A program made the position numbers and the translations under genes. From NCBI RefSeq assembly GCF_006345805.1, contig NC_043004.1:85002001-85066000 (forward strand): 64,000 bases of DNA. Reading direction: 5' to 3'. Origin of the DNA: Octopus sinensis (Eukaryota). Every line of letters starts with the position of its first letter. The first letter of the stretch is position 1. Below the pieces are notes generated by a model, which worked only from the letters and a program-made list of their open reading frames with translations, was not told the origin of the DNA and searched no databases. Below, piece by piece: positions 1 through 12,320 of this stretch.

Positions 1-1049
1 ACGTGGTACACGACTGCGAATACAACAATGAATAACAACAGGCGAATACAACAATGAATAACAACAGATTTAAGTATATATATATATTCATATACTTACA
101 CACATATGTATATATAAACGTGCACGTTCTCATACAAAGATGTATACATGAAGAGAGAGGTACACACACAGATACATATATATGTACCAAGTATCACATA
201 GTCAGACGTATGTATTACTTGAACTTTTGTTGGAATATATCGATGTCTACTTGAACAAATTTACAGGTCATAAATTAGTAATATAATTCTTCTAATCGAC
301 CTCTTTATATTTCTGTATATATATATATATTCCTTGCATTGCCTTGGGCGCGAATTCCTGATCACGAGGCGTCAGTTTCCAGCACTATAAATCTAAGGGT
401 CTACTTATTTCTATGCAAGTATGCATGTGTGAGTACATATAAGTACGATAGCATGCGTGTTGGAGGTGTGTGTGCGAGATTGTGTCGATACGTGCAAAAG
501 ACCGATGGCTGTATACCTAGATACGTGTGTTTATCTGTCGATTCCATCTATATCTGTGAATTGCTGTGGTGTGTGACCAGAAGCGAAGAAATGTAATGGA
601 ATCGTGTAGTCATTGAAACTTAAGCAACAAATACACTTCATTCCAGCAAATTATTTCCCGAGAAATTCAACTACGATACTTATTTTTGAACGTGATATGT
701 TTAGTTCTTACATGTTAACTAATCATTGGAGTGTCTATTAATCGTGTTTCCTCTCGATCCGATTGATTCCACGGTTTCCTCTCGGCATAAATTGCACACC
801 CATGATGTCCTACTGCCTAGAGGCAACTCTGCAGATCATCATGTCCACAGAAAACAATTAATTAATAGATACCCGGAAGTAATTATTGTAAGCATAAAAG
901 CAAGGCATCATTCCTAGAATTCGAAAAAAAAACATATTGAAATAGAAAAGCACTAACCGCCTTAGGCACATAGTGGAACAAGAGAAGAACACAAAAAACA
1001 ACTGAACAAAATAACTATTATTTTGATATGATCTATGATACACTATTGT

Positions 1050-1442
1050 ACAATCAAAATTAACTGAAAGTACATTTTAAGAGAATATCATTTGCCAACT
1101 CAGATTATGAAGTCCAACAACAGAATACCTGTACTTGCTCACCGTACAAAATCTGAATCCATTGAAGAGGCGCCTGCTGTGACTCAGCTCAAACCTATGA
1201 GTTATACTACAAATTCAGATATCTGCATACTCAAATATCAAAACAAGTCTAAGCTCGCCACGCACATCACCCTCGCCGTCATAATTACCATTCCTGTCTC
1301 TCTTTCCACGGCATAATCGTGATCACAACTGACACTGGGTCATCAAGTTCACTGCTAGCTCTCACTGCGCATGAAACTGTGTGCTGTCATCTATTGACAC
1401 CCTACAGAACTAGTGCAGTAAATTTTTGATACCACCTCATAT
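1050..1442 (-). mobile_element. Degenerate mariner-like transposon, 5' part
   Basis: Minus strand starts TATGAGGTGGTATCAAAAATTT, like a mariner TIR after a TA. A broken frame gives QWIQILYGEQVQVFCCW, reminiscent of the mariner N-terminal HTH region. The inner boundary is approximate. Confidence 0.4.
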
Positions 1443-1777
1443 GTCGAGAATTTTAATCGCACCACCATATTTATTCATATCGAACAGCAATCCCTTCCAT
1501 CCAGAGATTGATAACACCCTGTAGCAGCTTCCATAGACGTCTGGATTGCGCCTGACGTTTCTCCTAAGATGTCGGGATGGCTTCCCGTTTGCAGAAGCAG
1601 TCAAAAGGCCACTAGCGTTCCTTCCCGATGGCCATGGCTACGTAGGCTCAATTGTTGCTCTCCATACCATATCTTACAGCATTTACAGTACTCACAGAAC
1701 ATATCGGCATCTTCAGTCTCAGCGCGAAATATCGTGTTACAAACCAACCTTTATAAATATTCAGATGACTAAAGGCT

Positions 1778-1990
1778 GGCAGAAATGTTAGCACATAATG
1801 AGCTGGCAGCAGCGTTAGCACACCGGTTTGTCGTCTGTCTTTACATTCTGAGTTCACATTCCACCGAGGTCGACTTTGCTTTTCATCCTTTCTCGATGGA
1901 TAAATTAAGTATCACTTGCACACTGGGATCGATCTAATCGACTGGCCCCACTCCCAAAATCTTTCAGCCTTGTGGCTAGAGTGAAAAGAA
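1778..1990 (+). mobile_element. tRNA-derived SINE, family B (diverged)
   Basis: GAGCTGGCAG...TTCTGAGTTCACATTCCACCGAGGTCGACTTTGCTTTTCATCCTTT matches the copies at 17130, 48680 and 49078. Confidence 0.8.
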
Positions 1991-2109
1991 CATTGAGATG
2001 GCTAACTCTACTTCAGGTCTGTTAAGTTTTCTTTGACTACAATTTGAAGATTAATGCTTTTCAACGTATAAATCTTGAAATATCCGGAATATATATACAT
2101 ATATATATA

Positions 2110-2175
<66 letters not shown>

Positions 2176-2252
2176 TACATGTGCATGTATATACGTGTAT
2201 AAATGCATAAGTATATTTATAGTCATTTATATATACATACACACACACACCC

Positions 2253-2285
<33 letters not shown>

Positions 2286-2512
2286 ATATGTATATATATA
2301 TATGTATATATATATGTATATTTATTTATTTGTATGTGTATACTTGTGCATGCATTCAATATGTTTGTAAGATATAAGTAATAGCTATCCCACATATGAA
2401 GTTGTGCAGAACGTTTTTACACTTTTCGCTGAGTGAACTGCATATAATTACTGAGTTTGCACTGAGGCTAAACATGTATTCAGTACATATATCCTCTGTA
2501 TATATATGAGTC

Positions 2513-2626
2513 GACCAGAAGTTGTAGTTGAAGACACTTCGCCAAGGTGCCACGCAGTGGGACTGAACACAGAACCATGTTGTTGGTAAGCAAGCAAACT
2601 ACTTTCCACACACCCATTCCTGCGCT
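2513..2626 (-). mobile_element. SINE family A, tRNA-like head only
   Basis: CCAAGGTGCCACGCAGTGGGACTGAAC...GGTAAGCAAG...CCTGCGC, shared with the full copies. Confidence 0.8.
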
Positions 2627-2640
2627 TATACATCTTTTCA

Positions 2641-2704
<64 letters not shown>

Positions 2705-2744
2705 AATATATATATATATAATGTAAGCTTTTTTCCATTTCACG

Positions 2745-2846
2745 ATATTATAAATAAACCTGGTGGGTTTGTTGATTATTATCAAATGTAATGTACGCTT
2801 CTTCCAGGTCACGATATTAAACTTGAATGATTTGACAGAGATTTCG

Positions 2847-2916
<70 letters not shown>

Positions 2917-3035
2917 GTTTGTGTGTGTGTGTGCGAAATCTCTGTCAAGTCATTCAAGTTTAATATCGTGACCTGGACAAAGCGTACATTACATTTGATT
3001 ATAATCAACAAACGCACCAGGCTCATTTATAATAT
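2745..3035. mobile_element. Fold-back/MITE-like element with ~100-bp inverted arms around a (TA)n/(TG)n core
   Basis: 2745-2846 is a near-perfect reverse complement of 2934-3035 (CCAGGTCACGATATTAAACTTGAATGATTTGACAGAGATTTCG / CGAAATCTCTGTCAAGTCATTCAAGTTTAATATCGTGACCTGG). Confidence 0.85.
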
Positions 3036-3673
3036 AGTTTTGTCATTAAAAATATGGCGTACACAAACTTTTTGCAACAAATAACCATCTTTTTTGACAC
3101 ATTATTGGTCAATACGTAATATTTTTCACATAGCCCTGAAAACGGTGTAAGCAATGATTTTCTAACGTTATCAGTTTATTCGTAAATACACGTATACGCA
3201 CCTACTACATTCAGATACTTCATTGATGCAAAACGCTTTGTCTATAAGTGAGTGCTTGTCTGCAAAATAAATTTTGGTTTCCTGAATTATTGAAAAAATA
3301 AATACATAATATTAGTTTCGGTTATTATTATAAATTGGTTTTGATTTTTTCGCACAATCAATAGAAACATTTAGTTAGCTTATTAAGCTAGCTTTGTTGA
3401 ACGTAAGTTATAATAAGAATAAAAAGATAAACTACTACAAAAATAAAGTAAAAACATATTAATCCTTGCCAAGGTTATAAGCGATGCATTCAAGTATAGA
3501 GGTATAGTTCGGCCCAATGACTTGTGATGAAAAAGCCCAAACAGTAACACATTGAAAATATAATTATGTATAATAGCTAACAGAGATTGTCTACAAATCA
3601 TTTACACAGTTAAGTGACGCAAACGTTTGAGTCATTTAACACAATTATTCGTTTGCGTCATTTAGCACAATTT

Positions 3674-3734
<61 letters not shown>

Positions 3735-3869
3735 TATTTCACATTACTGAGGTCTATAAATTTAATTGCACAGCTTCCATAAAGAGGCGCTTAAAGAAAT
3801 ACACACACTCATACACACGCACGCACACTCACAAACACACATACATATATATATATACATATATATGGG

Positions 3870-4195
3870 AGGTTTTGGTATTCAGAAGAACCGAAATGGT
3901 AGGTAGGCCTATGTAAGTGCTACGGAAAAACGGTAATTAGACTCCCTAAGGCGGGTCGTGTGTGAGCAAATATATATTAAATAAGATGGGTCAACAAAGC
4001 CTAGGCAGTGTGAAGTTTCAAGGACATTTATAAAGAGAAAGATAGTCTTATAGCTGTTTCAGGGCTTTTAGGGGTGTTCATTCATCTGAGACGGTATGAG
4101 AGAGTTAACTAGAGGGAAATAGTAGGGTTCAATTTAAGATTTTGGAAAGGTAGAGATATGAAAAGTATAAAGGGAAATAAGAGACTAAGAGGATA

Positions 4196-4198
<3 letters not shown>
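3870..4198 (-). mobile_element. Penelope-like terminal repeat remnant with degenerate hammerhead motif
   Basis: Minus strand GTCT-CAGATGA...GAAACAGCTATA-AGAC has hammerhead-like architecture with mutations. Confidence 0.4.
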
Positions 4199-4199
<1 letters not shown>

Positions 4200-4254
<55 letters not shown>

Positions 4255-4277
4255 TAGATAGATAGATATAGATAGAC

Positions 4278-4371
<94 letters not shown>

Positions 4372-4390
4372 GAGATAGATAAATAGATGT
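4200..4390. repeat. Compound microsatellite (TA)n-(GATA)n
   Basis: Read directly. Confidence 0.95.
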
Positions 4391-4548
4391 GTGTGTTTGT
4401 GTGTACCTAGTCTTTTATTCTTGTATTTGCTTCAGCCACATGGCTGCGGTCATGCTGCAGCACAACGGTGAAAATAAAGACACTTAGCTTCTACATATAG
4501 AGGAATTCATATCACTGGATTTAGGATGTAGACTGCTAAACATTATAT

Positions 4549-4592
<44 letters not shown>

Positions 4593-4915
4593 ATATATAT
4601 TATATATATATATATATATACATAAGGCCTTGAGAGGGCGGCACGCAACCCGAGCTTTCGTCTTTCGAACCACGCATCAAAGCAGCTATGGCGCACAAAC
4701 TATAGCAACTGATCGTTAAAGTTATGATAAAATATTTCTTGTCTCTTTGACTATATATACATATACACATATAGATATACATATATGTACGCATGCACAT
4801 AAATAAATGTGTGTGTATGATTTTGTTTGTGTGTGTTTATCTGTGTGTGTATGTGTGTACGTGTGTAAAATATAGGAGAATGGAAAAGAAAATGGAATTC
4901 GCAAGAGTTTTTATA

Positions 4916-5280
4916 AACTATACGATCGTTTCGACCAATTGTGCATCAGCATCTGGCGGGTGAGATGCTGTATTCGAGATTCGGGTGAGTTGTGGCGCAA
5001 CATGTCAGAAGGTACCAGATTTTTTTCGTCTCTTATTTCGATTATAATACATTTTAGTAGCTGCCGTTTGCTTCTCGAGAAGAATGAAAATGAAGAAAAA
5101 TTCTGGTGTATGTAATAAAGTATCTTACAAAGAGTCAAAGCTAAACGAAAACGAATTTTTTTTAAAAATGAAGTACCTTTTGACAAGCCACTTGACAAAA
5201 CACATCCTCACGTATGATGCACCAGCCTTTCAACAGAATCTCACCCGCAAGTCACCCGATGTTACTAAACGATCGTAGTG
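4916..5280. mobile_element. Possible non-autonomous DNA transposon with short TIRs and subterminal CGGGTGA repeats
   Basis: TACGATCGTTT (left) vs AAACGATCGTAG (right). CGGGTGA at 4957 and 4982, TCACCCG at 5241 and 5252. Confidence 0.45.
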
Positions 5281-5504
5281 AATTATAAAGCGTCATTTTA
5301 TTTCAATCTTCTGTTTGTGTCTCGCATGGACATGAAAAAATGTTTGCATTAAATCTAGTGGCATAGAAATCAAAAATATGTTAGACGAATAAAGCGTGGG
5401 CTTTAAAAGGTGTACCACAATGTGCATACACGAATTTAAAATTATTACTAATATATATATATATATATTATATATATATATATATATATTGTTTTATTGT
5501 TTTA

Positions 5505-5810
5505 TTTATTGTAGTTATTTGACTGCAACCATGCTGGAGCACTACTTCCAGTCAAGAAAATCGGCGCCAGGACTTCGTCTTTATAAGCCTAGTACTTATT
5601 CTATAGGTCTTTTGTGCCGAACCGCTATGTACAGCAGCATCGGTTGTCGTGCGATGTTGGGAGGGCAAACACAGACACAGAAATACACACACGCGCGCAC
5701 ACACACACAGACACACACACACAGACACACACATATATATATACGACCGACTTCTTCCAAATCCATTCACAAGAATTTGGTCGGACCGAGGCTATAGTAG
5801 AAGACGCTTA
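5505..5810 (-). mobile_element. SINE family A, head truncated
   Basis: GACTGCAACCATGCTGGAGCAC...GCCTAGTACTTATTCTAT...GAGGCTATAGTAGAAGAC. Confidence 0.85.
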
Positions 5811-6816
5811 TATTAATATTATATTATATTATGGAGATATACTTGCATAGCAGTTGGCTTGATCTGAGATCGTGTGCTAGAACGTAAACAATTGCAGCGT
5901 GGAAGGTTTTTATAAGCCATTTAAGAAACACGCAAAAACCGTGAGATTCACTTCAACATTTAAATTTCATTTGGCAAAATATCTTCGTCGTTTCGAAACC
6001 GCGACCTGTTCACTGACAAAATCCGTGCTGTATTATATATATATGACAAAGTTATATATCTGTTTATACCGTATGTCTCACCTTTGGTAATTTTACATAC
6101 ACACAATACACCCACCCACTCACACACACATATATATATAACAGTTAGCTTTTGTTTTTCTTGGCTGTGGGTGTCTCCTTTAATAGCCTCCTTCCTCCTA
6201 CGTATTTGCGAAGTCTCTTTATTATACTATCCCTTGCTTCTTTGTCGATAACATTTGTGATAGAAATATATGAACGAAAAAAAAAACAGAAATATAAAAC
6301 GGAGAAGATGATATAGGTTGTACTGTATGATCAAAAATATTAAAAATAAACGTAGTTGTAAAGAATACAATATTGATTGAAGTTAATAAAATTGTGTGAT
6401 TGAATGAAAGTAATATAGATCAGACGAACGAAAAAAAGAAGAAAAATGAATAAATAACAGATATAAAATGTGATAGACAGAAAATGGACAGAAGCAATAA
6501 AGGAGACAGGAAAACGATGTCTCCAAAATTATATGTTAAAGTAATTTTCGTGTAATGAGGTTAGAAATAATTTATTAGGACAAGAGACAGGATGGAAAAT
6601 AGCAAACAAGGAGTATCGAGTTAGATTGGAAATGAATTGAAATATAAATGATGGTTGGGAATGAAAAAAAATGCTTCGATTTCATTTAAAGACTTTCATA
6701 GAAATGTGTGTTTTTAAAATTTTTCGTTTTGGTTTTTGCTTTTTTTTTTCGCGTTCGGATTTAATTTTACGTATTTTTTTTTTTTAATATGCAAATATTA
6801 TGATGGATTTTTTTAA

Positions 6817-7139
6817 AGACTCCGCCAGTTACGACGACGAGGGTCCCAGCTGATACGATCAACGGAACAGCTTGCTCGTGAAATTAACGTGCAAATGGCT
6901 AAGCATTCCACAGGCACGTGTACCCATAACGTAGTTCTCGGGGATAATCAGCGTGACACAGAGAGTGACAAGGCTGACCCTTTGAAATACAAGTACAACT
7001 CATTTTTGCCAGCTGAGTGGACTGGAGCAACGTGAAATAAAGTGTCTTGCTCAAGGACACAACGCGTCGCCGGGAATCGAACTCACAACCTTACGATCAT
7101 GAGCCGAATGCCCTAACCACTAAGCCACGCGCCCTCACT
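6817..7139 (-). mobile_element. tRNA-derived SINE, family C
   Basis: Minus head GTGAGGGCGCGTGGCTTAGTGG...GTTCGATTCC (A/B boxes) followed by TGTGTCCTTGAGCAAG; same head and core as 14485-14827. Confidence 0.85.
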
Positions 7140-7261
7140 ATGATGGATTATAGACGCAGGTATGACTGTCAGTTTATACAGTTGGTTTCGAAAGCACGCG
7201 GTTTTGGGTTCACATCCACGGTACAGTAATGTAGGTCATTTACACACACTTATATGTATGT

Positions 7262-7559
7262 ATTCTTTTATTCTTTTATTTGCTTCAGTGATTTGACTGC
7301 GGCCATGCTGGAGCACCGCCTTTAGTCGAGCAAATCGATCCCGGGACTTACTTTTTGCAAGCCTAGTACTTATCCTATTGGTCACTTTTGCCGAACCGCT
7401 AAGTTACGAGGACGTAAACACTAGCATCTGTTGTCAAGTGATGTTGGGGGGACAAACAAACACACGCATATACATACATACATACATACACACACACTAC
7501 ATACAATACATACATACATACACACATACATACATACATATACATATATATATATAATA

Positions 7560-7604
<45 letters not shown>

Positions 7605-7759
7605 TATATATATATACGACGGATATTTTAAGTTCCCTCTGCCAATTCAACTTACAAGGCTATAGTAGGAGACACTTGCCCAAGGTGCCACGCAGTGAGA
7701 CTGAACCCGGACCATGTGGTTGGTAAGCAACTTACGTACCACACAGCCACTCCTCCGTC
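7262..7759 (-). mobile_element. SINE family A, full length with internal microsatellite
   Basis: Tail (CAGTGATTTGACTGCGGCCATGCTGGAGCACC), internal (CATA)n/(TA)n, head (CACAGCCACTCCT). Confidence 0.9.
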
Positions 7760-7763
7760 TATG

Positions 7764-7799
<36 letters not shown>

Positions 7800-8059
7800 A
7801 TATTTAAATATATTATATTTATATTTATATATTTTTTTATATATATATTATTTATATTTATATTTATATATATATATATATATTATATATATATATATAT
7901 ATATAATATATACGGTTAAATAATTGAGATTCTAGTGAATTCTAAAGAATTCACATGAATATGGTCCTTACTAGGATGCACCGGATATCTATATGGTGTT
8001 AGCCATTCGACAAGTGGGGTGATTATAATAGGAAAAAAGCAACAAGAATGGATATATAT

Positions 8060-8091
<32 letters not shown>

Positions 8092-9289
8092 CATACATTT
8101 ATGCAGACAGATAGATATACATATCTTTGTATTTGAACTTGTAATTTGTACATTGTATTTGTATCAAAATTTAGATCAATGATTACCAGGGTTGATCGTC
8201 CGGCCGAAAATGCTTGAAGCCGGTACACCAGCTTAGATGTACTCTGATAATTAAATTATGTAAAGATTACAATGTAAAAAATATCTTTCCTGAAGTATGA
8301 AGAATCGATGGAGCGTCGTAGAATTTTGAAAGTTATTATGCTTTATGTACCATATTATACATGTCACACCCTCGCTAAACAATTACCGTTTCTTTCATAC
8401 CACATTTTGCTTCTGAAATACTTTTCAGGTGGAAGATAAACTATTAAACTTTCGCTATAAAACACATTATCTTCCCTGATTTGTTACTGCCTTTCTGATA
8501 TGTGTACGCCGAACGTCTCTAAAATTCATGAGGACAAATGAACTTTGCTCAAGCAGCACTTTGACTAATGTTATTCTTCCTATGAGCGTATAATCGTTTT
8601 GTTAATCGCAACAATATATTCAAAGATGCATTGTAAAGAGTAATTTGTTTTCTGAGGTGGTTTATTATGAGTTTAAGTAGAGATGACTGATAATTCTTGC
8701 AGAGAGAGCGACTTTGAAGAGACTTTTGTGTTCACAGAACGGCATCACATTAATCATAGTATATATTTCTTTCTTGAACAGTGGAAATGATAAGGAGGCA
8801 GTTACTGTTTTCTATGTGTTATAAGCAACCAACATCAAAACCCTCCTATCAACTGGACACCATTGCAGGACTCAAGGCCAGCGGTTTTGAAGGAAAAGGA
8901 AATGTCAAAAATATCGTCCCCACGACTTGTGGGGCACATTATTTTAAGGAGCCCGAACAGATCCAACAGATGCTTAGGATTTTGTCCGGGAAGCTAAATA
9001 TTCAGCCTGTTCGTCGACATATTTAACAGAACTCAATACTATAGATATTGTTACATTGCTCATAAATCGTGATTTTCTTCTCACTAAAGAGGAAAAGCTT
9101 TTTAAGATTTCATTGAATATCAGCATTTGTTGATGACAAATGCGCGTCAAAAAAACACGAATATTATTGGAAAATGTTGTTTCTTTTTGCAATTTAATTC
9201 TTTAAACAATGTGTATGTGGGTGTGTGGGTTTGTCTATACATATATGGTTTTTCGTTGATTTCGTTCTCTTGCTTGATGAGACTTGGGT

Positions 9290-9590
9290 CATTCCCAGCT
9301 GGTGGTCATCATACGTAGAGCCGACTGCTGACAAGGTCCATTAGTCTTCTCCAGCGCTGGCAGTCCTGTAACAGCCTTTCTTCCTCCTCCAAGGTGACGT
9401 AGAGCCTCTGAAGATCGTCCCAGAAAGTGTCCAGTCATGTTGTGCGTGGACTACCACAAGACCTCTTCTAGTTTGCAGTTCGTGATTCGAAAGGTAGAAT
9501 GATCCAGCGAGAGACGGAGGACGTGTCCGTACAACAGAACAGGAAGAAATTGTATGTGGTGGAGGGTGTGGGCTTACGAATGTGCGCAGG
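9290..9590 (-). mobile_element. RTE-like LINE 3' fragment (frameshifted)
   Basis: Minus frames give LLYGHVLRLSLDHS...WLDTFWDDLQRLYVTLEEEERLLQDCQRWRRL, matching the RTE C-terminal pattern GHV.R...W...DDL...QDR..WR. Confidence 0.7.
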
Positions 9591-9729
9591 CAGTTATTTG
9601 AAAAGACGTGATGCTAGTAGGTGAACTTCCCAATAGTTTAGGTTTTTTTCCAACGAGCTTCGAGAGGGGGCACGTATGTACGTACACACCTTGGTATATA
9701 TATATATATATATATATACATATGTATAT

Positions 9730-10020
9730 GGAGGTGCAATGGACCAGTGGTTAGGGCAGCGGACTCGCGGTCGTAGGATCGCGGTTTCGATTCCCATACC
9801 GGGCGTTGTGAGTGTTTATTGAGCGAAGACACCTAAAAGCTCCACGACGCTCCGGCAGGGTGGCTGGGTAATCCCTGCTGTACTCTTTCACCACTCTTTC
9901 TCCCACTCTTTCTTATGTTGGCCTGCTTAGCCAGCGGGATGGTGTCATTTGAAGGCTAAAACAATGCGAACGCATTGTGACTAGCGATGTGTAACACTAT
10001 CTGATGGTCTGGTCGGACGA

Positions 10021-10025
<5 letters not shown>
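9730..10025 (+). mobile_element. tRNA-derived SINE, family D
   Basis: GGAGGTGCAATGGACCAGTGGTTAGGGCAGCGGACTCGCGG...TTCGATTCC head; a reverse-orientation homolog lies at 40985-41270. Confidence 0.85.
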
Positions 10026-10063
<38 letters not shown>

Positions 10064-10075
10064 ATATATATCTAT

Positions 10076-10113
<38 letters not shown>

Positions 10114-10284
10114 GAAAGGAAAAGGGAGACATGACAGAAGTAAATAGACACACTTACAATGGTTAAAAGTATATTTAAACCTGAAATTATAGTATCAAAT
10201 TATTTATTAACTGTTATAATGTAAATATTCAATAAATTAGAAGACATGTCACGTAAATCTTCGTGACATATTCCTTTATTCCTT

Positions 10285-10670
10285 TATTTATTTCAGTTAT
10301 TTGACTGCAGCCACGCTGGAGCACTGCTTTTAGTTGAACAAATTGTTGCCAAGATTTATTCTTTTTAAGCCTAGTACGTATTCCATCGTTCTCTCTTGCC
10401 GAAGCGCTAAATTACGGGTATTTAAACACACCAGCGTCGGTTGTCAAGCGATAGTGGTGGGGGGACAAACACAGACACACGCATGAACACCCACACACAA
10501 ACACATATATATACTACTGGCTTCTTTCAGTTTCCGTCGACCAAATTCACTCAGAAGGCTTTGGAAAGCCCGATGTTCTATTAGAAGACACTTTCTCAAG
10601 GTGTCACGCAGTGGAACTGAACCCGTAACAATGTTCTTAGTAAGCAAGTTATTACCACTTAGCCACACCA
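10285..10670 (-). mobile_element. SINE family A (diverged)
   Basis: Same tail, core and head motifs as the other copies. Confidence 0.85.
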
Positions 10671-11074
10671 GTGTAAACTTTTTAATAATTTTATATTTAC
10701 GTCGTTAATTTTTCTCTACTATTAAGTGCTAGGAAACCATTTAACACATCTTATCATATTTTGCTACTAAAAAATAAATGAAAAGGAAGTTTAGCAAATA
10801 TATTTGTTCTTAAATGTCTGAATCAATATTTCCATAATGTAATAGTTTTGAGATTCAGCATATATACTCTATTAATGAGATTTTTCTTATAAGTTCAGTT
10901 TTGCTGGTCAAGTGCACTTTACACGAACCTCGGAATGTAATTCGTCGTCTAAACAATGGGCAATGTGAAACACACCGTAACAGTTCAATGAAATGATACT
11001 TCGTGAGAGAAAGCCTGCGCTCTGATTTCGCATTAATTAAGAATTGTAATGATGCATATATACGAGAGTAAACA

Positions 11075-11148
11075 AGAGAATGACTGAAACCGGTACTGAA
11101 ATGATTTTTATAAAATTATTTTAGCATTTCTTCTCTTGACTATTTTTT

Positions 11149-11150
<2 letters not shown>
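11075..11150. repeat. Terminal fragment of the fold-back element at 55811-56244
   Basis: GAAACCGGTACTGAAATG...TATAAAATTATTTTAGCATTT matches that element's right arm. Confidence 0.75.
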
Positions 11151-11185
<35 letters not shown>

Positions 11186-11204
11186 AATTAATTAGACATG
11201 TAAT

Positions 11205-11335
11205 GGTATAAGTTCTATATGTAAGAGATGATGAATTATGTACATTATTAACATTTGACGGATATTTTCCCTCATCTTGTTTGTTGTTAACACAACGTTT
11301 CGTCTGATATACATTCCAGGTTTCATCAGGTGATC
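11205..11335 (-). mobile_element. Penelope-like terminal repeat with hammerhead-like motif
   Basis: Minus CTGATGA-A-ACCTGGAATGTATATCAGAC-GAAACGTT; inverted relative to the copy at 11750-11885. Confidence 0.6.
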
Positions 11336-11340
11336 ATATG

Positions 11341-11460
11341 GTGCATATGGCGTCGTGGTTAAGAGCGCGGGCTACTAAATCCTAGATTCCGAGTTCGATT
11401 GAAGGCAGTAACCTGAATAATAATAATAATAATAATATAATAATAATAATAATAATAATC
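11341..11460 (+). mobile_element. Short tRNA-derived SINE with (TAA)n tail
   Basis: TGGCGTCGTGG (A-box-like), GTTCGATT (B-box-like), then (AAT)n. Confidence 0.7.
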
Positions 11461-11677
11461 ACACGTATTGAGAAGAGCATTGTCGATGTGAGAACTATTA
11501 CTACCCACGTATTTTAATTTAACTTAAAAAAAAAATTTTTTAATTGAACGAACTATTGAGTTTAGTTTAATGCCTACCAATGTATACTATGAGTTTCTTT
11601 GCCCTAGGAGACGGGAAGACACCCGGCAAGAAATGGAAGCAAATTTTAAAGAAGAAAAAAAAGAAAATAATAATATC

Positions 11678-11724
<47 letters not shown>

Positions 11725-11749
11725 CAACAACAACAACGAAAAATTCATT

Positions 11750-11885
11750 AGAAATGAGAACCCAGGTTCGAAATTTCCCCAAAATATCTGGTGAAGGCTG
11801 GAGGGTATATCAGCCGAAATGTTGTGTTAAAAATAAACAAGATGAGGAGGATAATATCCGTCAAATGTAAATAATGTAAATACAC
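11750..11885 (+). mobile_element. Penelope-like terminal repeat with hammerhead-like motif
   Basis: CTGGTGA-A-GGCTG-gagggtatat-CAGCC-GAAATGTT; downstream homologous to 11205-11300 in reverse. Confidence 0.6.
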
Positions 11886-11891
11886 TTGTAA

Positions 11892-11936
<45 letters not shown>

Positions 11937-12283
11937 ATAATATCCAAGGTAGAGTAATGCAATTATTTCATGCTACTTCATTTATTAAACCCTGTAAGTA
12001 TACATCAGTTTGAAATGACGATCAATCTTCAGCCACATATAGAATTTTTCAATTAAACGGACAATGCACATTATTATAATTATTTCATTGGCAACATTAC
12101 AAAGAGGGTAGATTTATAGAGAGAGAGGTTAATTTCATCATTAAGAACATGATGGTAGTAGGTTCATTCTCCATCCCTTATTTGATTATAATGACCCCAT
12201 TTGATTCATATGGATAATACCATACAAAATTCTGGTGCCTCTAACTTAAGTACCATATTCATCTCAATCTAAATTTTGCTGAA

Positions 12284-12320
<37 letters not shown>

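Noticed and set aside
16-67. 26-bp tandem duplication (others at ~12963 and ~62835)
   Set aside because: Ordinary two-copy slippage duplications with no spacers; not CRISPR-like.
1546-1791. GC-richer ORFs faintly like non-LTR RT C-terminal sequence
   Set aside because: Similarity too weak to assign a family or strand.
2075-2395. YI/IY-, HT- and CV-repeat ORFs here and throughout the window
   Set aside because: Dinucleotide microsatellites lack stop codons; these are artefactual ORFs.
8781-9026. 81-aa ORF after a pyrimidine tract/AG
   Set aside because: No convincing match to a transposase, RT or host protein, and no donor.
9730-9805. tRNA-like sequences (also 7065-7139, 11341-11415, 14755-14827)
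   Set aside because: They are SINE heads fused to SINE bodies, with A/B boxes but no convincing complete cloverleaf.
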